NCBI GenBank assembly: GCA_050012075.1 | Contig: JBEKHW010000002.1 | Location: 126,889 to 190,888, forward strand | Length of the DNA stretch: 64,000 nt | DNA from: Candidatus Omnitrophota bacterium | GTDB taxonomy: Bacteria; Omnitrophota; Gorgyraeia; Gygaellales; Profunditerraquicolaceae | Direction of reading: 5' to 3' | Shown here: positions 10,373-21,098 of the stretch, piece by piece | Numbering within the stretch: position 1 is the first letter of the stretch | How the letters are laid out: each line of letters begins with the position of its first letter | The notes under the pieces: model-generated | What the model was told of the DNA's origin: nothing | Database searches by the model: none | Seen by the model: only the letters and a program-made list of their open reading frames with translations | Made by a program: the position numbers and the translations under genes

Positions 10373-11358
10373 AGAATTATCCTTTTTGCAGTGTTTTAAT
10401 GCCGGTTTATAACGGGGAAAAATATCTGAAAGAGGCGATTGAAAGTATCCTCGGACAAACATTTCCAGATTTTGAATTTATAATTATAAATGACGGTTCT
10501 ACTGATGGCACGAAATGGATCTTGGATTTTTATTCTCGGAGCGATTCCCGTATAAAGGTATTGACTCAAGGGAACCGCGGCATAGTATCCGCCCTTAATA
10601 ATGGCTTAAAACTATGTAAGGGCGAATGGGTCTTTAGGATGGATAGCGATGATATTGCTATTCCTAATAGACTACAGCTTCAGCTAAATGAAATAAGGGA
10701 AAAACCGGATCTTGCGCTGGTTGGGGGGTTCTGTGAACAAATAAACGAAAATAACATTATACTAAGGTCCAATAAATACCCCGCTGAACATAAAACTCTA
10801 ATCAATAATTTAGAGTCCTTAAAGCCATTTTTACCGACGCCTACAATATGCTTTAAGAGGGTTGCGGTAAATGAGGTTTCCGGTTACAGGGAAAGATTTA
10901 AATACGCTGATGATATAGATTTATGGCTGCGATTAGCCGAAAAAGGTAGATTTTGCTGTGTGCAAGAGGTCGTAACCAAATTACGAAAGCATTCATCTAA
11001 TTTTTCTACAGTTCATTTTAAAGAATTCCAAATTTATGGAGATTGTGCTGTTGTTTGTTATTTTCGGCGTAAAATGGGCCTTTCTGACCCATCAAGCTCG
11101 GATAATATAACTTGGCATAATTTTAAAGGATGGGTTGAATCAAGATTAGATGAAATGGGGATTTTTGAAGAAGAAGCGGCATGCCAATTACTCCGAGATT
11201 TGTGGATCTCCAATGCCGGTATTCCTCTTACTAAGAAATTAATAAGCTTATTGAAGAATTGCAAAATTGAATTTTTATTGTTGAAGTATGTATTCAGAAG
11301 ATTCTCCGGGAATATTGCTTATAAACTGGCAGTTCAAAGTAAAGGCCTGTTTAAATAA
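10369..11358 (+). CDS. Glycosyltransferase family 2
   Basis: SVLMPVYNGEKYL, INDGSTD, RMDSDD. Confidence 0.9.
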   Translation: MKNYPFCSVLMPVYNGEKYLKEAIESILGQTFPDFEFIIINDGSTDGTKWILDFYSRSDSRIKVLTQGNRGIVSALNNGLKLCKGEWVFRMDSDDIAIPNRLQLQLNEIREKPDLALVGGFCEQINENNIILRSNKYPAEHKTLINNLESLKPFLPTPTICFKRVAVNEVSGYRERFKYADDIDLWLRLAEKGRFCCVQEVVTKLRKHSSNFSTVHFKEFQIYGDCAVVCYFRRKMGLSDPSSSDNITWHNFKGWVESRLDEMGIFEEEAACQLLRDLWISNAGIPLTKKLISLLKNCKIEFLLLKYVFRRFSGNIAYKLAVQSKGLFK

Positions 11359-11395
11359 AAATTAAACAACTTAGAGTAAACCAGGAAAATATCCG

Positions 11396-12832
11396 ATGGA
11401 AAGCTTAAACTTTATTGATTTTAAGACCAAGGGCTTATATTTTAGGTTCGCCCTTATTCTGAATGCTGTTTTTTTTGGTATAAGTACCTTTTTTATTGTT
11501 ACGAAGTGTGCCATTCCAGCAATTAGATTGAATCTGTATACGGTTACGTTATTATCAGCTATTTTATCTTCCTATTGGGTGTTTTATCTTGAAAGCAAAG
11601 GCGATCTTTTTGCTTTTATAAATATCTTAATTTTTTGGTATTTCATAATGTTTTTTATACCGTTACTACTTATTACCCATTATCCAGAGACACGTACTAA
11701 GGTAGGATATTGGAGTTTTGAATCTTTTGAATTAGCAGTTTTCCTTGTTATTGTCTCATTTTATTCCTTGCTCATTGGTTATCTATTTGCAAATAGAGTA
11801 GGCAGAGAATGGCACTTGCATTTAGGAGAGCATCCTTCAGTAAAGAGGATCATCCTCGTAATAATAATTTCTATCATTCTGTATATAATTTCACTAATCT
11901 TAAGATCTTATTTTATGGGTACAAGTATATTAAAAGTTTTAAGTTTCCATTCTTACGCCACTAACTTTACTAAAAGAGAATACTCTATGGGGGTATATAC
12001 ATTTACGAACTTATTAGGTTCGGGTATGGGATATTTACTCTTGTTTTATCTTATATTGCCAAAAAATACGGGTACAAAGAAGCTGCTCATTTGGTTTACC
12101 CCGATTGTATTCTTATTCTTAATCTATGGCCTTATCGGGGCTTTTTTAAATACGAGTAAAGCTCTTTTTTTTAATCTTATCTTTCTCATCACTGGCTATT
12201 ATAACTATGTCGCTAGAAAGATTAAGCCGAAACAAATAATTGCGGTATTTTTTTGCTGTGTATTAATCTTAAGTTACTTTAATTATCGCAGAATGTCCGG
12301 AGACATGAGAGGGGAAAGCAATATTTTCAGCATAACGAAAATAATGTATGCGCAGACCTTCGATGATATGGAAACTTTCGCTGTGGTCTGTGATTTTTTT
12401 CCCAAAAAACACGCGTATTACAATGGCAGGAGGACAGCTGAGGAGATTTTACTTTTGCCTATTCCCAGGGCGTTATGGAAAGATAAACCTTTAGCATACG
12501 GATTTAGGGATATACTGAATGATATAAATCCGGGTTGGTTCTCCTATGGTTATCATCCAGGGTTACAAAGCCAATTTTATGCGGATTTTGGAATAATCGG
12601 CATTATTGTCGGATTTTTTATTTTTGGTGCTATAATCAGATTAATCTATAATTCATTTTGCAAATATAAATGTAATAAAGGGGCAGTGATATTTTATATA
12701 ACCATAATCAGTAACTCCTGGTTATATCTTAAGGGCGGTTTTCCTTGGTTGAATTTACTTGTTATTTCCTATTTGCCGTTATATCTCTTATTGATGTATA
12801 TCTATCCAAAAATAAATACCAGGAGACATTAA
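11396..12832 (+). CDS. wzy: O-antigen/polysaccharide polymerase
   Basis: Multi-TM protein with IPRALWKDKP and FYADFGIIG motifs. Confidence 0.75.
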   Translation: MESLNFIDFKTKGLYFRFALILNAVFFGISTFFIVTKCAIPAIRLNLYTVTLLSAILSSYWVFYLESKGDLFAFINILIFWYFIMFFIPLLLITHYPETRTKVGYWSFESFELAVFLVIVSFYSLLIGYLFANRVGREWHLHLGEHPSVKRIILVIIISIILYIISLILRSYFMGTSILKVLSFHSYATNFTKREYSMGVYTFTNLLGSGMGYLLLFYLILPKNTGTKKLLIWFTPIVFLFLIYGLIGAFLNTSKALFFNLIFLITGYYNYVARKIKPKQIIAVFFCCVLILSYFNYRRMSGDMRGESNIFSITKIMYAQTFDDMETFAVVCDFFPKKHAYYNGRRTAEEILLLPIPRALWKDKPLAYGFRDILNDINPGWFSYGYHPGLQSQFYADFGIIGIIVGFFIFGAIIRLIYNSFCKYKCNKGAVIFYITIISNSWLYLKGGFPWLNLLVISYLPLYLLLMYIYPKINTRRH

Positions 12833-12833
12833 A

Positions 12834-13784
12834 TTGTTAAATACAGATGACGTAGATGTAGTTATACTTACTTATCGTACCTCTCGTTTGGCTATAGATG
12901 CAGCCCATTCCGCCTTAGACAATAATCCAGGTTCGATTACTGTGGTTGATAATTTTTCACAGGATGAATCCTCTGTTTTATTGAAGAAAGAGATTGGGCC
13001 GTTCGCAAGGATAATTTTCCTTGATCAAAACTATGGCTTTGGCGGAGGTAACAATAGAGGTGCTCAATCAGGTAGCAGGCCCCTATTGCTCCTGATGAAT
13101 GCAGATATAAAATTATATCCGGATGCCTTATTAAATATGGTTAAAGTTTTTAATACTGATGAAAGAGCTGGCGTTGTGGTGCCTGCTTTGAATTATCCGG
13201 ATCAGCGGATGCAGCCTTCCGCGTATCTTTTTATTAGGCCATTAAGGATTATAAAGATAATGATGGGATTAGATAAGCTTGCAGAAAAATTAAACTGTAA
13301 TTTCCTTGCCGGCAATGTAGATTGTTTGCATAATAATGACTATTCCGGACCGATAGAATCTCCTTATGGCAGTTGTATGCTTATACGCAGACGAGCGTTT
13401 GAAGATGTAGGTGGCTTTGATGAAAATTTCTTTATATACTGCGAAGAAACGGATTTAGCTTTGCGTTTAACTAAAAAGAGATGGAAAATCTTTAGGGATG
13501 CTGATGCTAGGGCGATTCATAATCACGGAGCCAGTGCTAACCAAAATCCAGCCAACTTCTATATTTTAATGCAGGAAAGCGTTAGGATATATAGTAAGAA
13601 ACATTTTAATTTGTTAGGCAGGTTAGCCGTATTTATTTTTTCTATCTTAGGCATTGCACTCCGTTTAGTATTTTTCTTGGGCCTACATAATAAAAGGATG
13701 AAATATTGGGCTGGATTAGGGGTATGGCTCGGATGGCAGAAAAGCGTTGATCCTAGAAAAAAGGCTGATTCCAATGTCATCTGA
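12834..13784 (+). CDS. Glycosyltransferase family 2 (rhamnosyltransferase-like)
   Basis: VVDNFS, NYGFGGGNN, GGFDENFFIYCEETDL. Confidence 0.85.
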   Translation: MLNTDDVDVVILTYRTSRLAIDAAHSALDNNPGSITVVDNFSQDESSVLLKKEIGPFARIIFLDQNYGFGGGNNRGAQSGSRPLLLLMNADIKLYPDALLNMVKVFNTDERAGVVVPALNYPDQRMQPSAYLFIRPLRIIKIMMGLDKLAEKLNCNFLAGNVDCLHNNDYSGPIESPYGSCMLIRRRAFEDVGGFDENFFIYCEETDLALRLTKKRWKIFRDADARAIHNHGASANQNPANFYILMQESVRIYSKKHFNLLGRLAVFIFSILGIALRLVFFLGLHNKRMKYWAGLGVWLGWQKSVDPRKKADSNVI

Positions 13785-14454
13785 AAGTTTATATTTAAAT
13801 AAACCCGATTACTATATTGACCATATTGTTTGGGAAATTGTTTTCGAGATCCCTGAAGGCAGTAACAAAATACTCGATATAGGCTGTGGCGGTGCATTAA
13901 CCGGCTTAACTTTAAAACAGCATAAAAAGGCTTCCGAAGTCATTGGTATTGATATATCGAAGGCCGCAGCGGAAAGAGCGGCGCTCAGGATTGATAAGGT
14001 TATAGTAGGCAATATTGAAGAAATGGATCTTAATTTACCGGATGGATATTTTGATTATGTCATTTTGGGTGATATCCTTGAGCATCTGATAAACCCCTGG
14101 GAATTTTTGAAAAAAATTAATAAATACCTGAAACAAAATGGCAGGATGCTTGTAACTATACCTAATGTCCGTTGCTGGAGAGTAGTTGTCCCGCTTATTT
14201 TCAAAGGAGCATGGTCTTATGAATGGCAGGGTATTTTGGATAAGAGCCATCTCAGGTTCTTTACAAAAAAAACAATATATCAGCTTTTTAATGATGCCGG
14301 ATTAAACATATGCAAGATAAAGGCTATGGTAGGAAGCAACTTAGTTAGCGGTTATAGTTCAAAGACGATAACCGCATTTCTTGATAAGTTTACTTTAGGC
14401 TTATTCAGGGAATTCTTGGCTCCGGGATATTTTATCGTTTCAAGCAAAAGTTAA
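13774..14454 (+). CDS. Class I SAM-dependent methyltransferase
   Basis: ILDIGCGG, DILEHL, GILDKSHLRFFT; ATG at 13774 preferred. Confidence 0.85.
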   Translation: MSSESLYLNKPDYYIDHIVWEIVFEIPEGSNKILDIGCGGALTGLTLKQHKKASEVIGIDISKAAAERAALRIDKVIVGNIEEMDLNLPDGYFDYVILGDILEHLINPWEFLKKINKYLKQNGRMLVTIPNVRCWRVVVPLIFKGAWSYEWQGILDKSHLRFFTKKTIYQLFNDAGLNICKIKAMVGSNLVSGYSSKTITAFLDKFTLGLFREFLAPGYFIVSSKS

Positions 14455-14524
14455 ATCAGAAGCTTTCTTATTTTAGGGCGGGTATTGTCTTTAGGGTAAA
14501 ACAGCATAATTAAGGAGCGTAAAG

Positions 14525-14989
14525 ATGAAAGAAAAGATTAGCCGGTTAAATGGTGAGCCGCAGTTGATACCAGGAGAACTGTCGATTGATGATCGAGGAG
14601 AATTGGGATTTGTGAATAATTTTGATATGTCCGGAATAAAGAGATTTTATAGCGTTAGGAATCATAAGGTCGGGTTTATCAGGGCTTGGCATGCGCATAA
14701 AAATGAAGAGAAATACGTTACCGTAATTTCCGGTGCGGCAATAATCTGCGCTGTTCTAATTGATAATTGGGAGAATCCGTCTAAAGGCGCAAAAGTCCAC
14801 AGGTTTGTGCTTTCTACGAATAAACCTTCAGTGGTATTTATCCCGAAAGGCTATGCCAATGGTTTTGTGAATTTAGAAAGAGATACCAAGCTTATATTTT
14901 TTTCTACGCGTACGGTAGAAGAAAGTAAGGGGGATGATTTCAGGTATGATGCTTATTATTGGAATCCCTGGCAGATTATTGAGCGCTAA
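14525..14989 (+). CDS. RmlC-like cupin (sugar epimerase/isomerase)
   Basis: DDRG, RAWHAH, IPKGYANGF. Confidence 0.8.
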   Translation: MKEKISRLNGEPQLIPGELSIDDRGELGFVNNFDMSGIKRFYSVRNHKVGFIRAWHAHKNEEKYVTVISGAAIICAVLIDNWENPSKGAKVHRFVLSTNKPSVVFIPKGYANGFVNLERDTKLIFFSTRTVEESKGDDFRYDAYYWNPWQIIER

Positions 14990-15001
14990 AGGGAGCATTA
15001 A

Positions 15002-15976
15002 ATGAAGATACTGATTGTAGGGGGAGCAGGTTATCTCGGCGGAGCCATTACAGATATTCTGGCCAGCGCTCATTACGAAGTCCGCATTTATGATTTACTT
15101 TTATACGAAGAAACTTACCGTAAGAATATCCCCTTTATATATGGCGACATTAGAAATGCGCAAAAGCTTAAAAAGCATTTACAATGGGCAGATGTAGTAA
15201 TTTGGCTGGCCGCATTGGTAGGGGATCCCGCCTGCAGTTTAAATGAAAGAGTCGCTAGAGAGATAAACACTGGATCGGTCAGGTTTTTGCGGGAGAATTT
15301 CAACGGGAGAATTATTTTCATGTCTACCTGTTCGGTTTACGGGGCTGCAGAAGATGAACTTGGCGAAGAATCGCCCCTAAATCCTCTTTCTCTTTACGCT
15401 CAAAGTAAGCTTGATTCGGAAAATATCCTGTCAGGATCGAATTCCATTATTTTTAGATTAGGGACACTTTACGGCATAGGGGATAATTTTTCCCGTATAA
15501 GATTTGATTTGGTTGTCAATACTTTGATAATGCGCGCCATTTTCCATAATAAAATTAATGTTTTTGGAGGCAGGCAATACCGGCCGTTGCTTCATGTGCG
15601 CGATGCCGCGGCAATGGTTTGTTCTTCTCTAGAGAGGGATAATACCGGTATTTACAATTTACATTCTGAAAATGTCACGATATTTGAAATAGCAGAGCGA
15701 ATTAAGAAATTCTTCCCTTCTTTGAATATCGAAATATGCGAAACAATGTTTCAGGATAACCGCAATTACCGGGTTTCTAGTAGAAAGGCGGCGCATGAGC
15801 TTAACTTTAATCCAAAACTGAAAATAGAAGACTGTATTAGAGAATTAAAGGAGATGCTTGAGGACGGCAGGGTAAAAAATTCATTTATTACCCGTTTTTC
15901 TAATTACTTGTATCTAAAACCGTTACTTACCGAATACAGTTCTCCTTTAGGCAAAGTTATTAAATTTAACATTTAA
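15002..15976 (+). CDS. NAD-dependent epimerase/dehydratase
   Basis: GGAGYLG, STCSVYG, YAQSK. Confidence 0.85.
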   Translation: MKILIVGGAGYLGGAITDILASAHYEVRIYDLLLYEETYRKNIPFIYGDIRNAQKLKKHLQWADVVIWLAALVGDPACSLNERVAREINTGSVRFLRENFNGRIIFMSTCSVYGAAEDELGEESPLNPLSLYAQSKLDSENILSGSNSIIFRLGTLYGIGDNFSRIRFDLVVNTLIMRAIFHNKINVFGGRQYRPLLHVRDAAAMVCSSLERDNTGIYNLHSENVTIFEIAERIKKFFPSLNIEICETMFQDNRNYRVSSRKAAHELNFNPKLKIEDCIRELKEMLEDGRVKNSFITRFSNYLYLKPLLTEYSSPLGKVIKFNI

Positions 15977-15979
15977 GCG

Positions 15980-16705
15980 ATGAACGAACTGTCTGTTATT
16001 ATCCCCTGTATTTCTACCACCGAGCTGCTTCCTGCTCTTGTTGATGAGTTAGCCGGATATCTTATGGCTAACCCCAGCGACGTGGATATTATTGTGGTCG
16101 CTAATGAAAAATCATATACGCCGAATAATCTCTCTGGATACGTGCAGAGTAATTACCCTTGGTTGAAGTTTGAAATGCTGCAGCTTAAGGGTGGCAGGCG
16201 TAGTTTCGGCGCTTTGGCGCGGTTCGGCATTGCTTATTCTACCAGTTCATATGTAGTGTTGGTTTCTGGCTATGGTGAAGACGATATCGGCATTATCCCT
16301 AAGATGCTAAATCAGATAAGAAACGGAGCACAGGTGGTTCAAGCTACGCGCTCAGGTTCTTTAAGCAATAAAAATGATGTCTCATTTAAATTCAGACTAT
16401 ATCAGGCGTTATACAGATTTCTGATTAAATTATTACTGGGGATTAAGATTAAGGATTCTACTTATGGGTTTAAGATGTTTGACAGGGTGTTTATCCAGTC
16501 CCTGGGGTTAAACCAAAATGGTTTTAGTATCTGCCCGGAAATTACCTTAAAAGCGTTACTTGCCGGAGGAAGGGTGGAGTATGTTGATTCCAAGGTAAAA
16601 TCCAAACCTTTAAATAAGGATTTTAAGCTTTATAAAGAAGGAATTTCTTATCTTTGGCTGCTCTTACGAGGTTTTGCCCATCGGTTAGGAATACTTTGGT
16701 TTTAA
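15980..16705 (+). CDS. GT2-fold protein with degenerate catalytic motifs
   Basis: LSVIIPC, ATR, DSTYGFKMF, FSICPEI resemble DPM-synthase-like GT2; acidic motifs absent. Confidence 0.7.
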   Translation: MNELSVIIPCISTTELLPALVDELAGYLMANPSDVDIIVVANEKSYTPNNLSGYVQSNYPWLKFEMLQLKGGRRSFGALARFGIAYSTSSYVVLVSGYGEDDIGIIPKMLNQIRNGAQVVQATRSGSLSNKNDVSFKFRLYQALYRFLIKLLLGIKIKDSTYGFKMFDRVFIQSLGLNQNGFSICPEITLKALLAGGRVEYVDSKVKSKPLNKDFKLYKEGISYLWLLLRGFAHRLGILWF

Positions 16706-16713
16706 TACGCGCG

Positions 16714-17421
16714 ATGAAGATCTGTATAGTAGTCCCGATGTATAATGAAGAGAAAATTGCTGAGGCAAGCGTAAATGAGATTATTGGTTATGCGAAAAAA
16801 TTACCCGGTTTTATCACCGTAGTGGCAGTTAATGACGGCTCTACTGATAAAACGGGGGATATCCTGGAAGGCCTTGCCGTAAAATACGACAATAGGGAGT
16901 TCCGGTTTATTACAAGCTCTATTAACAGGGGATATGGCGGGGCATTAAAATTGGGCATAGGTTTTGCAATTGAGAATAATTATGATTACGCGCTTTTTAT
17001 GGACAGCGATTTGACCAATCATCCGAAATACTTAAGAAATTTTTACGATAAAATGTCCGAAGGCTATGATTACATTAAGGCATCACGGTATATCAAGTAC
17101 GGCGGAACGTCAGGCGTACCTTTTAAGAGAAGAATTATTTCCATTATCGGTAATAGTATCGCTAAGCTCGTTACGCGGCTTCCCCTGAAAGATTTTACCA
17201 ACGGATTCCGTGCCGTAAAAGTTAATATTCTTAAAAAGATAGAATTGAAGGAGGATGGCTATTCAGTGATAATCGAAGAACTTAAAAAGGTAAGCAAGAT
17301 AACAAATAATTTCTGCGAGGTTCCTTATATATTGGAGACAAGGAGTAAAATAGCCGGCTCATCTAAATTCAATTATAATATTGTAACGTTCTGGAATTAT
17401 GCAAAATATTTATTCATATAG
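16714..17421 (+). CDS. Polyprenol-phosphate glycosyltransferase-like GT2
   Basis: VPMYNE, VNDGSTD, FMDSD, ASRY, DFTNGFRA; ATG at 16714. Confidence 0.85.
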   Translation: MKICIVVPMYNEEKIAEASVNEIIGYAKKLPGFITVVAVNDGSTDKTGDILEGLAVKYDNREFRFITSSINRGYGGALKLGIGFAIENNYDYALFMDSDLTNHPKYLRNFYDKMSEGYDYIKASRYIKYGGTSGVPFKRRIISIIGNSIAKLVTRLPLKDFTNGFRAVKVNILKKIELKEDGYSVIIEELKKVSKITNNFCEVPYILETRSKIAGSSKFNYNIVTFWNYAKYLFI

Positions 17422-17439
17422 CTAACGGGAGACAGTGAT

Positions 17440-18321
17440 ATGAGGGTGATTGTTTTAGGCGCAACCGGGATGCTGGGGAGCATGGTTTACGGATACCTGC
17501 GCAATTCTACTGGGTTGGAAGTGACCGGCACGTCAAGGAATAAGGAGGCCGGCTTCCTTGGGCTTGATGTGAACGAAGATTATCCGGCAATGCAGAAGAA
17601 AATGAAAAATTGCGATTATATTATTAATTGCATCGGTATAACCAAGCCATATTGCCATGATGATAATATGGAGGAAGTACGAAATGCCCTGCTTGTTAAT
17701 TCTTTGTTCCCTTTTAAGCTTTCCGATTTAGCTAAACAGAATAATACGCGCGTAATCCAGATCGCTACTGATTGCGTCTATTCCGGAAGAGAGGGGAAAT
17801 ATACCGAAGACGCATTACATGACCCTCTGGATGTTTACGGAAAGACAAAAAGCCTCGGCGAAGTAAAGTCCCCGCACTATCTTAATATCAGGTCTTCCAT
17901 AATCGGGCCGGAGAAAGTTAAGAAAGCTTTTTTATTTGAGTGGTTTATGAAGCAGCCCAAGGGAGCTTTCCTGAACGGTTTTTCCAACCACCTCTGGAAT
18001 GGGGTGACTACTTTACAGTTCGCAAAGCTTTGCGAGCGTATAATCAAAGATAATAAATTTAGCTACTTGGCGGGAATATCAAGCGTGCATCATTTTGTCC
18101 CAAATAATATTGTTTCTAAATATCAGATGCTTTGTATGTTTAAGGATGTTTTTAAAAGAGAAGTGGTAATAAAGGAAGAGAGGGCAGGGGATGGCGTGGT
18201 GGACAGGACTTTAGCTACGAAATACAACGGGATTTCAAGTTTCTTCCCGGGCTCTGATCTGGAATCGGAGATATATGAGCTCAAGAAATATATAGAAGAT
18301 ACAGGATTTTACAATGCCTAA
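17440..18321 (+). CDS. RmlD/WbjC-like NDP-4-keto-sugar reductase
   Basis: GATGMLG, INCIG, TDCVYSG, YGKTK. Confidence 0.8.
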   Translation: MRVIVLGATGMLGSMVYGYLRNSTGLEVTGTSRNKEAGFLGLDVNEDYPAMQKKMKNCDYIINCIGITKPYCHDDNMEEVRNALLVNSLFPFKLSDLAKQNNTRVIQIATDCVYSGREGKYTEDALHDPLDVYGKTKSLGEVKSPHYLNIRSSIIGPEKVKKAFLFEWFMKQPKGAFLNGFSNHLWNGVTTLQFAKLCERIIKDNKFSYLAGISSVHHFVPNNIVSKYQMLCMFKDVFKREVVIKEERAGDGVVDRTLATKYNGISSFFPGSDLESEIYELKKYIEDTGFYNA

Positions 18322-19504
18322 AAAAATCGCTTTTATTTTAGGGATCAGGCCAGACATTATCAGGAGCGCGATAATACTGGAGAAATTACGCCAGCAGCCA
18401 GATTTTGAACTGATTTTTATCTGGTCTGGCCAGCATTATTCCGATAACCTGAAGGACATATTTTTCCGCGATTTAAATGTTAGGCCGCCTCAGGTTGAAT
18501 TAGGCGTTACGGGAAAAAATGACGCTGAATTGTTGGCTTCCGTCATCCGGAAGCTTTATCCGGTATTAGCTGATATGGCCCCCATGGCGGCAATATTCTT
18601 GGGTGATACCAACACCGTAATGGGGTGCATTGCCGCTGCCCAGTTAAATATACCCATTGTGCATATTGAAGGGTGTATGCGTTCCTATGACTGGCGGATG
18701 CCAGAAGAAAAATACCGTACGGTTACTGACCATCTATCAGACGTCATTTATGCCTATCTTCCCGAATATAAGCAACAGGGCATTAGTGAAGGCCTGAATC
18801 CGGAGAGCATAGTGGTAACCACAAACCCGATTGTAGATGTTTTAAACCGCTATTATTTTGCTCAGAAGGAAAAATTCGATTCTTTAGCCAGCCGGTCTTT
18901 CTTTTCACAGCATAAGATAGAGAAAAAAGAATATTATCTCTTGACCTGCCACCGCAGGGAGAACGTTTCTTCATCCCCAGCATTAAAAAATATTCTCAGG
19001 TTGATTTCTTCTACTGAGAGAAAGATCTATTTTCCCGCCAGTTACCGCACGCAGAAGATGTTATCTGAATTTGGATTAGCCCTTCCCCGGAACGTAATCA
19101 TGGTAGACCCGGTAGGCTATACGGAAATGCTGGTTTTATTGACAAATAGCAGGGGGGTAATCACTGATTCCGGCACAGTCATTGAAGAAGCGTGTATTTT
19201 GAATATACCTTCGATTCAATTGCGTAAATCTACAGAAAGGCCTCAGGTCTATGATGTCGGTTCAAGCGTAAAATTTGACCCGGCTGAATCAGAAAGCGCT
19301 GATTTTAAGAAAACTTTTATGAAGCTGGAAGCGCTTCATGGGAAGACGTTTATCAATCCTTTTGGCGACGGTAAGGCCTCTGAACGCATAGTTTCTGATA
19401 TCTCCAAGCGGGTAAAAAACGGAGGATTTGACAGGCATAAACCACGTGGTTATCATCTGGATATTTCCCATTCATTCAGGGATGATTCCCTTAACAAAAT
19501 TTAA
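18314..19504 (+). CDS. Non-hydrolysing UDP-N-acetylhexosamine 2-epimerase (WbjD/FnlC-like)
   Basis: GIRPD, GQHY, GDTNT, HIEGCMRS..MPEE, HRREN, TDSG. Confidence 0.85.
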   Translation: MPKKIAFILGIRPDIIRSAIILEKLRQQPDFELIFIWSGQHYSDNLKDIFFRDLNVRPPQVELGVTGKNDAELLASVIRKLYPVLADMAPMAAIFLGDTNTVMGCIAAAQLNIPIVHIEGCMRSYDWRMPEEKYRTVTDHLSDVIYAYLPEYKQQGISEGLNPESIVVTTNPIVDVLNRYYFAQKEKFDSLASRSFFSQHKIEKKEYYLLTCHRRENVSSSPALKNILRLISSTERKIYFPASYRTQKMLSEFGLALPRNVIMVDPVGYTEMLVLLTNSRGVITDSGTVIEEACILNIPSIQLRKSTERPQVYDVGSSVKFDPAESESADFKKTFMKLEALHGKTFINPFGDGKASERIVSDISKRVKNGGFDRHKPRGYHLDISHSFRDDSLNKI

Positions 19505-19510
19505 TTTAGA

Positions 19511-21091
19511 ATGGCATTACTGTTATTCTATGCAATCGGCTCCTTCAGTATAATTATCGGAAGTTTTTTGATTTTTCGTTTATTCATCCGGTATAAACTT
19601 ACGATATCTACCCTGCCGCTTTCCTTGTCGCTAATCCCGTCTGTTTATATGCCGATAGCACAATATCTTAAATATGCCAGCCTGCGTTTTTATGTTGATT
19701 TCTCGCACTGGACAGCCCTTCTTAACAGCATAATCACAACGGGTAAACCTTTTAATTTTAATCACGAATTGATATTTCCCGGCACAAAGAATTACCTCTC
19801 CGTGCATTTTGTCCCTTTCATATATCTTATTGCCCTGCCTTTTAAATTATGGCCGTATAGCGAGACTATCATTGTCTTAAATTTCATCCTTATGATTTCT
19901 TCAATTATCCCCTTGTATAAACTTGCGTTACTATGCGGCAAAAACAAAAGGTTCGCAGTCTTTATGATGGTGCTATTGGTCTGGTATCCCACTTTTCAAT
20001 ATACGGTCCTATATGAGTTTGAGATGCTGAGGTTCGCGATACCGATAATTCTCTGGATGTTCTATTTCCTGGAGAAAAGGAGCAAGTGGTTATACTATCT
20101 ATTTTCCTTTTTGGCGGTTTTAGTCAGGGAAGAGGTAGGGCTTACGGTTATGATGTTTGGGATTTACTTATTCTTCTTTGAAAAAAAGCGTAAAGAGGGG
20201 CTTATAACTTCTATAATCGGATTAGGCGCATTTATTGCCATTACGGGAATTATTATGCCGAAATTAAGCGCTAGCCTCAGGTATGAGCACATCGCAGCCA
20301 AGTTTTTTCCCGTTGCAGGTAATAGCGGAGTATTTAAATTATTCCCTCTTATTTTTGACCCGATAAAGCTGGGCAATATTATATTATTCTTCCTGCCTCT
20401 TTTATTCGCTCCTCTTTTTTCCCCGGCCTTACTGGTAAGCTCGCTTGCCAATTTTGGGGTAGGCATATTAAGTCGTTCCAATACCCACGTTTCATTTATG
20501 ATGTATTATTTGTCTCCCAGTGTCCCGGTATTCTTTTTTGCGCTAATAAAAGGCTGGCCTAAATTCACCAAATTCTTAAAAACGCACTTTGGCAGGGGGA
20601 TTTACGATTCTGATTCTCCGGCTATGGCAGCAATGCTCTGCGCTTTGTTGGTTTCAAATATATTCTTTGGACCTTCGCCTGTTTCACTTCAATTTTGGTT
20701 TAGAGATATAAGGCCCGCTCTGTTCAGGACACAGAATTTTCATTATTCAGCGTATATTACGAATAAGCACCATAAACTGGTTGAATCTTTAGTAAAGATG
20801 ATACCGGATGGCGCCATTGTTTCCGCAGAGCATTTTTTGCACCCCCGCCTGTTCAAAAAAAGAGGGGCGATGGTTTTTCCGCAACTTGTGAGTATGGATG
20901 GTAAATTTAAAGCGGATTATGTATTCATAGATAAAAATAACCCTGTTAAGACCGGAGGGGGGATACCTGAGTCATGGGACGGCTTAAGGGCCAATCCACA
21001 ATTTTATTATGACTCAATAGAGAAGGCCCCGGAAATCTGGAAGCTATTAAAGGCAGAAGACGGGTATTATCTTTTTAAAAGGGCCAAGTAA
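19511..21091 (+). CDS. DUF2079-like integral membrane protein (putative GT-C)
   Basis: Multi-TM; VHFVP, YEF, VREE motifs. Confidence 0.6.
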   Translation: MALLLFYAIGSFSIIIGSFLIFRLFIRYKLTISTLPLSLSLIPSVYMPIAQYLKYASLRFYVDFSHWTALLNSIITTGKPFNFNHELIFPGTKNYLSVHFVPFIYLIALPFKLWPYSETIIVLNFILMISSIIPLYKLALLCGKNKRFAVFMMVLLVWYPTFQYTVLYEFEMLRFAIPIILWMFYFLEKRSKWLYYLFSFLAVLVREEVGLTVMMFGIYLFFFEKKRKEGLITSIIGLGAFIAITGIIMPKLSASLRYEHIAAKFFPVAGNSGVFKLFPLIFDPIKLGNIILFFLPLLFAPLFSPALLVSSLANFGVGILSRSNTHVSFMMYYLSPSVPVFFFALIKGWPKFTKFLKTHFGRGIYDSDSPAMAAMLCALLVSNIFFGPSPVSLQFWFRDIRPALFRTQNFHYSAYITNKHHKLVESLVKMIPDGAIVSAEHFLHPRLFKKRGAMVFPQLVSMDGKFKADYVFIDKNNPVKTGGGIPESWDGLRANPQFYYDSIEKAPEIWKLLKAEDGYYLFKRAK

Positions 21092-21098
21092 ACCAGAT

